Assembly: GCA_050084515.1 (NCBI GenBank)
Contig: CM114271.1
Location: 10,540,001-10,604,000 of the forward strand
Direction of reading: 5' to 3'
Length of the DNA: 64,000 nucleotides
Source of the DNA: Blasia pusilla
Lineage: Eukaryota
The notes under the pieces: model-generated
Seen by the model: only the letters and a program-made list of their open reading frames with translations
Database searches by the model: none
Told to the model about the DNA's origin: nothing
Shown here: positions 11,760 through 28,328 of the stretch, one piece after another
How positions within the stretch are numbered: the stretch's first letter is position 1
Layout of the letters: each line of letters opens with the position of its first letter
Translations under genes and position numbers: made by a program

Positions 11760-13330
11760 AATTAGTCGCATCTTTGGATGGCAATGAAAGTTAACACAAG
11801 CCAAGGTCCTAAATCCTTCCACTGCTTCAACGGTTCAGATTTGGAAATTAGCTCTCCATGCTTAAACCAAAAAGGAAAGACCACTTTACGGTTCACGATT
11901 TTTAATTCCATGTGTGAGTGGTCATTTGAAGTTTTTTCACTTGCCCTTTGTTCCACGGTAAAGGGTACACTAGTAGGAATATTTTCGTGATTTTAGAGCC
12001 CCCTATGGAGGGGGGAGGGTACAAAAAGACACACCAAGAAGAAGGAAGAGCGCCTTGAATAGCATTGTTTCGAGTCCTCATGGCATTTTCATTGTATCAT
12101 GAAGTTTACTTTTTCTCCCACCATTGGATGGTGATGAAACCTGGCACACACCAAGGCCTTAAATCCCTCCACATCTTGAACGGTTCAGATCTGCTAATAA
12201 GCTCTTCGTGCTCAAACCAATAATGAAAGATTAATTTTCGGGTTAACGATTTTTAATTCCATGTGTGAGTGTTTATTTGAAGTTTTTTATTTTTCCCTCT
12301 ATTCCTAGTTAGGGTTTCCATCCAGGAGGAAGTTTTGTGATTTTTGGGCCCCATGTGGAGGGTGGAGGGTACAAAAAGCAACGCCAAGAAGGAGGAGGAG
12401 CGCCTTGAGTAGGATTGCTTCGAGTCTTGATGGCATTTTCATTGTATCATGAAGTTCACTTTTTCTCCCACCATTGGATGGTAATGAAACCTGGCACACA
12501 CCAAGGCCTTAAATCCCTCCACATCTTGAACGGTTCAGATCTGCTAATAAGCTCTTCGTGCTCAAACCAATAATGAAAGATTAATTTTCGGGTTAACGAT
12601 TTTTAATTCCATGTGTAAGTGTTTATTTGAAGTTTTTTATTTTTCCCTCTGTTCCTAGTTAGGGTTGCCATCCAAGAGGAAGTTTTATGATTTTTTGGCC
12701 CCATGTGGAGGGTGGAGGGTACAAAAAGCGACGTCAAGAAGGAGGAAGAGGGCGTTGTGTAGAATTGTTCCGAGTCCTGATGGCATTTTCATTGTATCAT
12801 GAAGTTCACTTTTTCTCCCACCATTGGATGGTGATGAAACCTGGCACACACCAAGGCCTTAAATCCCTCCACATCTTGAACGGTTGAGATTTGCTAGTAA
12901 GCTCTCCGTGCTTAAACCAAAAATGAAAGATCTGTTTTAGGGTTTACGATTTTTAATTCCATGTGTGAGTGTTCATTCAAAGTGGTTGTATCATTCTCAT
13001 GGTAATGTGGAGCTATCATTCTCTTCTAACCATTGGATGATGATGAGAGTTGGTACAAGCGTAGAAAATACCCCCCTCCATAGGTTCAACGGCTCAGATC
13101 TTCCTTTTTAGCCTCTCGTCTCTTGCCAAAAATCAGAGACGTTCAGAGAAAGTTAACGATTTTTTATTTCATGGGTGGATGGTCATTTCAAGTTTTTCTT
13201 TTCCCTCGTGTTTGTGGTGTTGTGGTGCACCCATGGGTGAAGTTTTCCGATTTCTGGACCTTGTGTTGAGGGTGGAGGGGACAAAATGAAGACCTTCTTT
13301 AGGGTTTACGATTTTTTATTTCATGTGTGG
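11760..13330. repeat. ~350-bp tandem repeat (about 4 copies) in the CACTA left arm
   Basis: CCATTGGATGGT(G/A)ATGAAACCTGGCACACACCAAGG at 12121, 12471 and 12821, with diverged copies near 11773 and 13031. Confidence 0.9.
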
Positions 13331-15620
13331 GTGGTCATAGAGGGTTTTTCTTTCCCTTGTGTCTTTGGGCTTGGGGTGCCCTTACGAAAAGAGTTTAGGG
13401 TTGAGAAGACTATTGGGTTGTGGCTAAGTGTTTATTGAAAAGTATAGGTAAGAACTTGTCACATATATTGGATTGGTGAGAGTTGTTTGTATATGTTGTT
13501 TTTCCATGGGCAAACCCTTTCTTGGTAAGTAAGTAACAAAGTTGAATTTCACCTCCCCCCCCTTTTGCCGCTAAGGAGAGTGACACAGAAATTATGACCA
13601 TGCTGAAGTGGCACATGGTTCATTTTGACTTGGCATTTCAAACCGTGTTGACATGGCCGCAAGTTTGGGTCCAGTTTTGATTCGACTTGCAGTGGCAAGA
13701 GACAGTGCGCATGCATTGCAGGCTGGAGGGCCGTGGAGGATTGCACTCGGGGGTAGGGAATGCTAAGCATTTTGAGCAGCGAGGAATGTGGAAGCGTTAG
13801 GAATTGCTTTCATTTTCCTCGACTTGGATTCCAAGTGAACTTCAGGTGAGAAACCTGAACTTAGCCCGCATTGCATCGACTGCTGTATGCCCTTGTTTTA
13901 CCGCTTTCTGCTTCTGCCCGTGACCAAGAAACTATCAATTCCTTCGAGAAAATTAGTACCTCCGTAGTGCATTGAGATGTGAACCAAAGCTTACACATGT
14001 CCATTGGCAGGAAGCGCTATGTGAGTGACAGAGAACTCGCAACTCTGTATTCAGATGTGTTACGGTAGGTTGTTGGCACATTTCACCTAAACGTCATACA
14101 TCAGGTGAGCTCTGATCATTCTCAAGCCGAAGCCGAAGCCTAAAGGTTGCATGGAAGTTGCACACCAGTGAAGTCTCCAAACATTGCCAAGCATATCCGA
14201 AGGAGCTTAATCCAACCGTGTTAGTATTTTTTGATTGATGGTGCACGAACCAAGAATCATTGGAACTCATTGTGGAAGAAAGAACATAAACTTGTGGGCT
14301 CGTTTTACATAAGTTGCATTCTGGCTCTGCTATAGAAATTCCAGTAGCCTTTGTATGTTTTTAGAAGAAATCGAAGTACATGTTTGTATCACAATGGGAT
14401 CATCCCCAACGTACTTCTGAAATATTTGCATTGCTGATGTGATAAAAAATATGCGCAAAAGGCATCTGCTTGCACAGAAGGGAAACGCAGGGGCGAGGGT
14501 GCAATACATTTATAGAATGAACTAGGAAATTACGTTTACTGTCTATAGTTTCTTTCTCTCCCCCGCCTCTCCTCTCGAACTTTGTCCCGTCCCAGAACCA
14601 AACTCGCGCCGTGCATTCCCTTCTCTGCTTTGTGATCGACTTTTTTGGAGTTCGGCGGTGCCCAACGCATACGAGGAATGAGATCTTTCAAGAGTTTGTC
14701 TGCGCTTCCGTGTCTCTACATCTTCCGGTGTTGTCTCATGTGTTTCTTTTGCTCTAGTTTGTTTATGCGGACTCAGGCCTGCTAAGGGAGCGACCCTTAT
14801 TTATTGCCTTTGCCGTGTTGGATTGAGTGATCATGCTTTCGTTTTGCATTTCACTAGCTCTCTGAATACGGTTAAAATGGAGGGCTGAGAAGAGGATGAG
14901 TTCTAATCAATCTGATTTCTACATTTTTTCACTCTGGAAATAAGAGAGGAGTTAGTAGAAGACGCGCCGCTACTTGTGCTCTTCCAACGAGCTCAAGATA
15001 TGCATTTGCTGGCTACCACGTCTACACAGGAGCCTTCAGTGTCATGTGAGTGTCCTTGATTGCCGGTAAAATTGCTACTTCTCAGGGCATCATGCCTTTT
15101 ATATATATATTTATATATATATACATATCGCGCCGACCATGGAATTGGTTGAATTTGGCTCAAGATTTGGAGGAGACTCATGCTCAGAAGTACTCGTTGA
15201 CTGCATGGCTCTTTAGTTGAGGATAGTGATCAACCTCATACTCTTGTCTGGAGCTGCTTACTTAGTTTATGCTGAATGTTCAAAGATTTTATTGCACCCT
15301 CGTTTCCTACTATTTTTGAGCGATTTCAGAACTTTGTGAGAGTTGAAAGTAAGTTGTTATCCATGGTTGCAGGAACCACCAGAAACCTAAGAGTGACAAA
15401 GATGTCCACTCATCTTGTTGTCCGACGTGCATGTATAGAATGGAGTGTCCTCCAAGCCCTAAATATGACTCTAGCCTACCCTGCATGTGGTCTCTTGCCA
15501 ACATTTACAACACACAGATAGAAAGCATATGCTGATATTTCTAAGCTAAGCTAGTAGCTACAGAAATGGGCACCACATGCAATTAGAAGCAGGGCCTCAT
15601 TGCCCAAAGTTGTTGCATCT

Positions 15621-17378
<1,758 letters not shown>

Positions 17379-18149
17379 AAGGACTGAGGTAGTGTTTGGC
17401 TAGTCACATTTCCTTGCAAATTCTCAAGCTCTGCAACAAGTCCTTCTGTGTCATGTGAGTGTCCCTCATTTATGATAAAATTGCTACTTCTCAGGGCATC
17501 ATGCCTTATATATATATATATACACATATTGCGCCGACCATGGAATTGGTTGAATTTGGCTCAACTGATGTTGTGTAGGTACAAGAGCAAAGGAAGACTC
17601 AAATATCACATAGGGGACCAAGACATTCACTCCTTGACCTACCAAGTACTTACTTGTACGTCACTCTTCTCCTAGTTCTCCTTGCGCCTTCACGTAGGTA
17701 AGTCACTTGCTTTAGTGGTTAATTTGATGTGAGTGTAAGGTGAAGTACTATGGTCACTCATAGCAGATTAGCTTTATAGTTTTTTTGTCTAGATCTTCGT
17801 TGGAAACATTTATTAGACCAGGGCCATGATGAAGTGTACATATCAAAGGATTGAGTCATTATCTAAAGTTGGGTGTGTTACATTTATCATTCAGGAATGT
17901 CCTTGGAAGCGTTGGACCACATCGGTGAGGATTGTTAGTGACGATTGAAATCTCCATCGAGATAAGTCCCAGGTTATGTATATGTGCCTTGTTATACTTG
18001 TCTTGACTACATGTGGATATGCATTCATCTAAGATGGTAGCTCGTCCAGCCGTGGTTTCTGGAATTTGTAATTGAGGCAAGATGTCATGGTTTTGGATGT
18101 GTTTGGAATGTTTCAGTTCACAACTTGCGGGAATTCACTTCCAATCCAC

Positions 18150-21100
18150 TTAGAATGGATTTGAACCACCCAGTTAGAGTAAAAGCACACGATTCCAAGT
18201 TGTGGCGGGAAAGCACACGAGCTAGTGTACTGGGGTGTAAAAGATTGCGGTGTTCAAGCAATGACTGTAAGGGTGGGTCTATGTTATCCATCAGCAATGT
18301 GGAAGCACATTTGAGAAAAAATAGACGCTCATCGCTTTTTTGAGTGCTGAAATCTAGGGATGGATGGAACTCTTCAGATGAGGAGTTGCTTATGCATGAT
18401 CTTGCTGAAAAAAGAAGCCAAGAGGATAAGACAATGGAGTCAACCCCCACCTTCCATGTGGATGGAAGGGAGAGATCTACCACGGCAGATATAGACGAGC
18501 ACATTGAAGTTCATAAAATGCTCAATGATATTTTCTAGAAATACGACCATATACACGAGGATGAAACTGAAGAGATGTCTCTCCCATCTGATGAATTACC
18601 AAAACCGGGAATGTCAAATGAAGAACCACTATTCAATCATGGAGATGAATATGAGGAGATTGCTAAAGGTTGCAAATCCTTGTTTCCTACAGCAAAAACA
18701 TTTGTTTTGGCTTTTTTGATGTTACAATTCAACATTCAAACCACCCATGGCGTCCCAAATGTAGTTATTGACGAATTTTTGAAACTCCTTTGTAAGTTGG
18801 TCCTACCAACAGGGAACTTGGCGCTACCGAGTTATTAAGTAGCAAAAAAACTCATTGGTAAACTAGGCTTAGGTTACAACAGTATCCATGCGTGTCCGGT
18901 TGGATGTGTTTTATTCCAGGGTGATTTGGCTGAAGCTGAGATCTGTCCATTATGTGGGAAACCAAGGTTCCGGAAAGTGGGTAGAACGTTGGTACAATGT
19001 AAGGTATTAAGGCATTTTCCTGTCATACCTCGGATGAGACGTATGTTTAGATGCAAGACGTTGTCTAAATTGTTAACTTGAGCCCCCTTGAATCAGAGCA
19101 AGGATGGCTTAGTAAGGCATATAGCTGATTGCAAGGCATGTCGCCACATGGACAACTTATATCCAGACTTTGCTGAAGAGAAGAGGAATTTCAAGTTTGG
19201 GCTAGCTTTGGACGGAGTGAATCCATTTTCAGACAAGTCGAGTTCGTGGTCAACATGGCCCGTGCTTCTTGTTAATTATAACTTGCCTCCCTGGCTCCAG
19301 AAAAAAAATTCTTTGTGATGCTCTCTTTGATCATGCCAGGAAAGGAGAGCGTAAATGGGAAAAACATAGACACATAATTGCTTCCTCTAGTGGAAGAGTT
19401 CCAGGAAATGTTGAAAGGGATTCAATTTCATGACATTCGGAAGGTAGGCGGAAGTTGGAACTTCATTTTCAGGGCTACCTTACTATGGACCATAAATGAT
19501 TACCCGACATACAGAACTGTAGCTGGGCAGAGCCATGGTGGAAAACTAGGATGTACTATATGCGATCCTCGAGTGGATTCTGATTTTTCAAATTCTTGTG
19601 GCAAGCCCATATACGGTTGTCATCATCGATATCTCCCATTGAGCCATCCATGGAGGACCCGTAGGTATGGATCTCATTTCAACAGGAGTGCAGAACTTAG
19701 ACCACGCGTGCCTAGACTACTTTCCGGAGAGATTATTGGATGGGAAAATGAAAAACATACATATGATGAGAGTGGGGGTCAAGAAGACGGCACTAGTGAT
19801 CCCTACAAGAGAACTAGGGTGAAAAGGCTAAGTATACTATATTCTTTGCCTTACTGGCCAGCATCATGCTTCCTCTCTATATTATCTATTCTTTATGTTA
19901 TGAAATAGTGGCTATAGAGGAGGATAGCTTTTGTTTGATTTGATTGTGGATATTAGCTATTATGTTCAAGTTGTGAGATGTCCATGCTTCCTTGACGATA
20001 CAATCATAATTGCTTATACGTCATACGTTAGATGTAATGCAGGTTGAGAAGAATATCGTTGAGAATCTAGTCAATTCCTTATTTGGGTTGAAAGATATTG
20101 TGAAAGTAAGGAGAGATTTGGAGGCCCGTGGGATTCGATCCCATTTGTGGTTGCAACCCTAACCTAGTAAACCCCAAGTTTTGCTTAAACCAGATTTCGA
20201 TTATTGTCTATCTACCCATGACTTGAACACTTTCCTTTCGAGGATTGAGAACTTGAAGGTGCCATCTGGATATTGTGGAGAACTCTCCAAGCATGTGGTT
20301 GATCAAAAATTGGGCAATATGAAATCACATGATTACCATGTCTTCATTCAGCAAGTCTTTCCTTATTGCATCCGCGGTCTTCTGAAGAACCATGTGAGAA
20401 TGGTGGTTATTAGATTATCCAGAATTTTTAGAATGGTGTGTACAAAGGTGTATGATCCAACTTTATTCGACAAACTCTTGGAAGAGACTGCCATAACGCT
20501 TTGTCTCTTTGAAATGCATTTCCCTCCATCTTTCTTCAACGTGATGACACATTTGTTGATTCACGTCATAGAAGAATTGGACATGTATGGGCTAGTAGCA
20601 TGTCGGTGGATGTATCCAATGGAGCGGTATATGGGGTACATGAAGAAATATGTACGGTCTAAAGCTAGGCCAGAGGGGTGTATGGTAGAAGAGTATGTGA
20701 AGGACGAGGCATTAGGGTTTGTGAAAGAGTATATGAAAAGGTTTGAAGACGTGCGGACGCGAGTGTGGGATGATGGGGAGGAAGAGGGGGTCGCTGGTGA
20801 GGAGCTAGAAGGTGCGGGCACTCTAGTTTGACTTTCACGCGAAATGATCAACTTAGCACATCATTATGTTTTGCATAATACAGAGGTCATGGTTGATTGG
20901 CAAAGGTAAAACTCTCCAATATATGCTTTTCAAGGTTATAGTTCTGTTAATTACGGTTCAGACTCTCAAAGTGTATATTATTTTGGTATTGACACATTAA
21001 ATACAAAAGAATGTACTAATACCATTAACATTGCTATTGAACAGGAGATATGAGTCATGTTCAAGAGACATTCCTTTTGAAAAGTGGATTCGCCGTGCCA

Positions 21101-21841
21101 TTACACAGGATGCAATTGACAACTCAAAAGTTCTTGATGCTCACCTACTATCATTTGCTATACCTCCTAATAGTAGGGCATTGTCATTCAAGAGTATGAA
21201 AGCCTACGAAAACCACTTCAGGGTAGAAGAGCCAAGTGGTCCGACACCCTTCTCCACTTATGATAGTGGAATCGGTGCAGTATTTGTTGATAAAAAAAAG
21301 TTCCAACCATAATTGTTTATACTCCTATGTTGGGGTGTTGGTTGATATTCTCTTACTTGATTATGGGATTGTAGAAGAACCCATAATACTAATGCGAGGG
21401 CGGTGGGTTAAAGTAGATTGGGATTCGAGAATAGGGTCCATGAAATTAGATAAGGAGGGTTGTCTGTTGGCCAACTTGAGGTCATGCGAGCCATTAGATC
21501 ACTAGCCATTTGTTTTCCCATAACAAGTGCAACAAGTGTTTTATGGAGATGCTGATGAGGGTGGAGGATGGAAAGTGATAATGAGGAAGGAAGCTAGAGC
21601 TCGGAGAGTTTATTTTGATGACTTAGAGTCACTAGATGGAGCTTGTAATGCTTTGCCCACCTTCCATGCCACATGCATGGAACCAGGGAATCTACCAGAT
21701 GCAAGTACCTTAGGAGCTAGAGTCCTAAGTGATGCAGAAATGGAAGGTGCTAGGGTGGATGTGCAGCATGTGCCAATAATCCATGTATGCGATATGATAG
21801 AAGACGTTGATTCAGACTCTAATAACTCAGAATCAGATTAG
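18150..21841 (+). pseudogene. CACTA TnpD/Tnp2 transposase with premature stops
   Basis: IHACPVGC...CPLCG; LALDGVNPF...STWPVLLVNYNLPPW; LLWTINDYP; MKSHDYHV; FPPSFFNVMTHLLIH; RWMYPMERYM; QQVFY...WKV. Confidence 0.92.
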
Positions 21842-22068
21842 ATTAATTCATAGTTGTATCTTTGGTACTCACCGTTGTGTTTTTTTTGGTATGATTCAAA
21901 TAATTGACTTCTGTTACGAGGATGTAAGTGAATTATGGTGTTGTTGGGCATAATGGATGAAACTCTATGGCAACAAGTATAACTCTCAAATTTTGGTCAA
22001 GTTAGGTGTTATTCTTGCTAACTTGTCGTCTATAGAGGGAGGGAGGCGCTTGGAACGGTGTACTTGAT

Positions 22069-25000
22069 ATGACTGATGAGAACGTGGAATCCAATCAGAG
22101 TTCATCTTGGGATGGTATAGATAATGTTCAACAAAGTCCTAATCCATACGAAGAAGAAAGGAATCGCACAGTGAGAGAGAGAAAGGCCAAAGAGGCAGAG
22201 TTGTTTGGTGGGTTGAAGGATTGGTAAGTATGATCTTGGATAACCTTTTTATTTTGCTTTATTTGGTCAAGTGGATCATGTTCATATAGTGGTTGTACAT
22301 TAGGAAATATGACATAATTTGTGTGATCATATTTTGAAGGTTTGTTGCGCCAAGGGTTATGAAGGAGCGCAAACCCTTGCCATTTTGGAATCCTTCTCTT
22401 CCACAAAGACGTAGCTTACGATTGGAGGAGAAGGCCACTAACCAAAGTGTAATCCCTAAGGAGACTCGAAAAGATTGTTCAGTTAGTGATTCCAAAGACC
22501 CCTATTATAATCCACTCCTTGAGATAGACTTCTTGGGGGCTGAAGAGGATGACGACTTGTGGCTGGAAGATGGGAGGGTACTTTCTCTTCACATCTTGTT
22601 GTTTTGTTACTCTCTTCAGATTTCAGAATTATGAATACTGTGTTAACTCACAATGAGATGTCTGTTTTGAATAGCCACAAGCAAAGGAGCGTCCAATCAA
22701 ACCATCCAAACAGGGAAGTGTACAAAATTCCACCAATACAAACGATGCGGTAATGTAATTGTAGACATGAAGGAATATTCAACTATCTCTATATGTATGA
22801 TTGGTATGTAATAAATTGAGTGGTAGAAGCGTGTCATGATGACTTCACTAATCTTTATTCATTAAATGCTCTCTAGTTTAGTTTACTAACAAATTTACTT
22901 ACATGTGCAGCCCATGGATGGAACTCCATCACAACCCATAATGCCTTCTCAAGCATATCCCCCTCCTCCACTCCCATGGGCACAAAGCCAGATGCCGTGG
23001 TGGGTACCTACGATAATGCAATCACCGATGGGTTATGGAAGTCAATTTCAGCCACCATGCACCAATGGAGCTCAATCATCCATGACCATCCCATTCCGTG
23101 GGTAAGTAGGCTTACTATTTTGCCCTTTCTTGTTTTACACACGAGGATTCAATTAATTGGAAGTCTAACTAGCTAATTGTATTTCTTTTGTGGACACAAG
23201 GGACATGGGCCATCCCAACCGCCGCCCCCAACAGCGTTGACACCTCCATTGGCCAACGAGAATACAGACGACGAATTATACCGCAGTAGGTCTCAATCTT
23301 GCGCAACACCAAGCCCATCAGAAAATTTGACCCCGCAAGTAGGTGCATCTAAAGGTAACTTCTCGCTTGGTTTTGAGTTTGCAAATTTATATTGAATAGG
23401 TTGTTGTATTATGAAAGGTGTGAAACTGTTACTAGTATAAGTTGGTCTTATAGTTAATATAGTTCAACATAATTATGATTTGATGAGTTTATAATCGTCG
23501 GCCCTACATTTTTTACATCTGATAATTGGGATGGTGGTATATTTGTAGGAGAACGGCATAGTCGCAAAAAGCGTGATTTGTGGACTCATGACGTCTCCAT
23601 TAAGAAGGAGCGGAACTCAAAACCTAGATGTGAGCTCATGCCAAATGGTATTCCGTCGCCTAGAGTTCCAAGTTATGAGCCTTGGCTAAATGAATTGAAG
23701 GTATGGGTGATGAGGTACTTGGACTTATCATACATTGAGATTAGTAAACAGAATTCTATCAGCATGGTTGTTGTTCAGAATCACATCCTCGAGCCATACA
23801 CATATGTGGGTGCATCCTCTCTTTCACTTGATTTCATGAAGAAAAAAATATCACAACTATTGAAAACTAAGCGATCCAATGTCAAGAACTATTGGACATT
23901 ATATGGGGCTCATCGCACAGTCCCGTGTCACCCTGATACCAATGAGGAGTCATGGAATCGATTAGTAGATTATTGGATCTCCAAGGAGGGAAAAATGAAG
24001 GCAGAAAAGATGGCTCGAGCAAGGGCCAAGGTCCAGACTTTAGATTTCTCTGGCCGTGCAGGTTTAGATGGACTTGATGTAAGTCATCTTGGCATTCCCT
24101 AGTTTTCTTGCTAAAGTTACATAATGGTAGAAAACTTCCATTATTGCTTCATTTCCATATTTGCATTGAACCCTTTCACATGCATGAATTTCATAATTTA
24201 TGTATTTAAGGAGCATGTGCAGGTGCAACAACATACCTCAAAGGAGTCCTTCGGCACGGGGCTAGAATGTATGGAGAGAGACGAGTTGTCTAAGCAACTA
24301 GGTTTCACACAATTGAGTTCGTCGGAAAATGTAAATGCATAACTCTTTTCTTACCCCTTGGCTTGACATGGCTAGTATTATGACCTTCATTTGATTGGGT
24401 CATTGAGTTAGTATCATATCCTTAATGGAGTTGAATTATGGAGTTAGTATCATGGTTGTATCTGACTATGTAATTGCAAAACCATTTTTTTGGTACCTTA
24501 TTGATCGTTGGATTATATGTGCAAAGTGTGGAATCCAACGATCAATAAGGTACCAAAAAAATGGTTTTGCATATAATCCAACGATCAACCCTATTCAATT
24601 GGAAGAAGTGGAAAAGAAGTGGACGTAGATTTGGATGATGTGAAGTTGCACATGGAACGGCTGAACAAAGCATTAAGTGTACTTATGGAAATGGTGTCCA
24701 AGCTTACTTCAAAGGATGTGTCTTCAACACCACACTAGATTTCTAGTTCCCCGCCATCCAATTCTCAGCCATATGCAACAACGGATGAGAAGCTCACATC
24801 AGGTAGCCCATTCTCATTCTTCCGCCCTCGATTTTGAATGGTTATAACTACTTGTCCTCTCCAGCATGAGTATTTCACAACTGACTTTCTTTGTTTTGAG
24901 TAACTTACAGTCACTATTGAACCTATACCAACGTCTGCAGCCGGATAATTAGGGAAGAGGAAGATCTCCACACAAAAAGAGGCAATGGCAACTACATAAT

Positions 25001-25940
25001 GTATTGGTAAGGAGAGAGTTTAGCTTCACTAGATGTAGGGTCTTATAATATAATTACTTGTTGAAGTGAAGAATCTGGTTTTACAATTCATTTCTCAAAT
25101 ACTTGGGTTGTTTGTAGAAGTGCTAGAACGAAGCAAAAAAAGGAGAAGTTCCACAGAAAGTGCAGATGGTGATACTCGAATCACTCGTAAGTATGTCATC
25201 CTTGGCATACTGAATTTATCTTTGGGGTAGTTTTCAACCTATCCACAAAACAATACTCATTTCTTCCTACAGCATTCAGTGGACTTTGGCGTGCATAATG
25301 TGCAGAAAATGTGAGTATGGACAGCCAAGCCAAATCATCACCAGAAGTCTAGGCTACAATCTGATGGTTTGAATGAGCAGGAAAGTGAAATCAGATCAAG
25401 CTCGTCTAAGAAAATAACTAAGGTAATTTACTCATCTATAATGGCCTCTTCTATTCAAGGTTTATATCACGACACTGATATTTCTTGTTGTGGACAGTCA
25501 AATGGTCGTCTAGGACTTGTGAATTTTTCGCATCATCTTCCGAAATGGGGATGGTCTTTCAAACAAGTATATCATAGCAGTTTTTTATTTTCAGATTAAT
25601 GGTGCAAATGCGTGTGGAGAGAATTTGAATTGATACTAACTAAATGCATGTGTATTTTTTTAGCTACAAATTGGTGATCACGTATTGCTCACCAAGCCAA
25701 AGTTGAGTAGGATGGTGCTTGGGTCAGGAGTTATATCAGGTTTTGGTGGAAGAGACAAGTTCCATGCCAAAGACATCCCCTTGGGCGTGGCGAGGGTTGA
25801 TCTAAACGAGGTGTCTGAACTAGAACATGCTTTGTGGATGTCGAATTTGATAGACAAACCTATGCAAGAAACATTTGGTGATGCTCTTGGCTCAAGCATG
25901 CTCTAGCCAAAGATGCATATGAGAAAGGTGATTCAGTAGA
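22069..25940 (+). pseudogene. CACTA second gene (TnpA/Ptta-like), multi-exon, degenerate
   Basis: PDTNEESWNRLVDYWISKEGKMKAEKMARAR (23578-24102) and a C-terminal FHAKDIPLGVARVDL...TFGDALGS segment (25685-25906), with many short GT-AG introns. Exon structure is approximate. Confidence 0.75.
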
Positions 25941-27559
25941 GTAGTCTTTTCTTTTGGCACCCAACTATCTAAGGTGCAATAACTTTGTTTTCATGGATGA
26001 CATGATCTCTCTTGCTCTTTCAAGATGAGATCATAAACCCTACTATATTTGATTTTCATTTTTTTATCTATTTGGATTATAACCCCATGTAATAGTGATT
26101 CATTTTGTAATTTGGTGTATGGAAGCTACTCTTTGGTGATATTCCATCCCTCAAAATCTGTTTTCAAGAGTATTTTTTTATTATTTGCTTGGTTAATTGC
26201 TTGCGAGCAAGAAATTTTTATTACATCTCTTTCTAAACTCAGAGAAAAAATATACGTAGTTTCTTGATTACTCCAAGATGCCACTACTCAATGTAACAAC
26301 ATAGTGCTCATGCGCTACTTCCATATAGTTCAGTTGACATGTTTATGGATATATTATGTTGTTTTGTTATTTGCGCTTTTTTCAAAATTATACTACGTGC
26401 TAAGCTGAACGCTTAAGTGTTCACCATATAAATGGAAAAGAGGATTTCAATAATTCAAATCCATTAATTCTTGCACCCTTCAAAAGGCATAATAAAAATT
26501 CCAAAATATCCAAATTTTATTTTCCCACTAGTCATATCGATATAACTAGCACAATACGGTTCAAAAACCGAAGTAGTAAGCTTCAAGTTCTCTCTAGTCA
26601 TAATTGTATGACTCATGTAATTCTGTTGCAATTAACTACATAATTTCCGCAACTCACATAGTCATATCTTTGTGACTAAACCAGTTGTGTCCGCTTCTAT
26701 AGTAGTCATGTAACTCTACTCTTCTAGTCATAGCACATGACTACATGAGTCCATACCAATATTTCAATAAAATAAAATAACTACATGAGTTGCCAACTAT
26801 AACTGAATGGAGTACACTTGATTCATTTTGATAGGATATTCTGAACTTTTGCACACCAACCATGACTAAAGGAGTCGTTGGTGATAACTAGAAAAATATA
26901 CACATATGACTAGATGAGTCGTACTCAAGTCCACATCATCATTGACATGTCACAACAATAGTCCATGTCATCAGTGACACATCACACTAAATAGTCCATG
27001 TCACTGATGACGTGTCATTATTCCACATCATCTAAGTGATGTGTCAGTCATGGCCTCATGATTACACCCTCAAGTCATATACCAATCTCCACCTAAGTTG
27101 ACCATCCTAGTCAGCCTAGTTGCCAAACAAATATGACTTGGCTTTTGCGTCTAAAGTAGTTGTCAGTCATTATTAGTCGTGGTATCTAAAGTATGACTCA
27201 TATGAGTCATATAACCTAGTCATAAAACCAGGGATTTCTTCTAGTGCTACCCGTTGGCATCAGTGCATGTGTCTCCAGCACTACCACTCCGTCGAAACAC
27301 TCTCCACCACAACCCTCGCAAATCCCAGTCACGCCTGAAAACATTACGTTCTGAAAAATCTGTCTACCCACCCTAGACGTGCCTCGCAACCTCAACTGAG
27401 CCCCGTCCAAACTCAACCATGTCAGACCATCTATCACGTCACCTGCGGCTCTACCACGTTGACCTTGCTTGACTACGTCCGTCTGACTAACCACTTCCAT
27501 GCCTACCACATCCGGTGTGTACCACGTTGGGACGTTGCCATCCATGGCGCTCCCAACCA

Positions 27560-28328
27560 CGTCATGGGGGCGGGGCGCGACCTAAACGTGACCTAAAGGC
27601 CTCAGTGACCCTCACCGCTCACCGGTCGACAACCCACTCGTGAACACCCGCCATCACAACCTGCGCTACAACCTGCTGCTGTCCCCCATGAACCCCCACC
27701 AGAAAAATGTGAGAAAAATGGACAGTGCTTCCGCGCATAGCCTTCCGAACATAAAAATGACACACAAATATCACACAGTGTCTCCAGGGGCTCCCCGATC
27801 AAAGCAACTCGCTTGCCTACTTGCAAACAGCAAATTCCCACCAACCCCTTGACATCTTTCTCATGTAAAAATAAAGAGTGGTAAAAACGGCACACGCGGC
27901 CTAAAACTCCACTCCTCAATCTACATCGGCATATCAAGCCTCGTCCACCCTACGCTATCAAGGAATCCGGACGCTAGCACCCTAGTCCTATCTCGCACAC
28001 ATACAAGAGAGGTGCTCCAACCGCCCAACATGAGCATCTTCCTCTCTTATATAGGGTTGGGAAGAGCCAAAAGGCTCTTCCCTTAAAAATAGCCATCCCC
28101 TTGGTAACCTATGCGCACAGGTTACCAGGGGCGGGTGACTTGGTCAAAAAGTCACCCGGTTGTGAAAGACCTCAATAGGAAAGTTATCAAAAACAACGTT
28201 CCTGACATAATGGACCTATCCTCAACCTCATCCGACATCGTGGGACAAAGTTACACTAAAGATAGTGTAACTTTGTCCTACGCCCTATCCACGATAGATC
28301 TCAGCCTATCGGCTACTCAGATGTGACA
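27560..28328 (-). repeat. Putative 5' LTR (~770 bp) of the gag-PR-DNMT element
   Basis: Begins TGTCACA on the - strand at 28328, exactly where homology to the MULE accessory gene stops. CCTATATAAG TATA at ~28050. Ends ...CATGACG followed by TGGTTGGGAGC (possible PBS). The inner boundary is uncertain. Confidence 0.6.
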
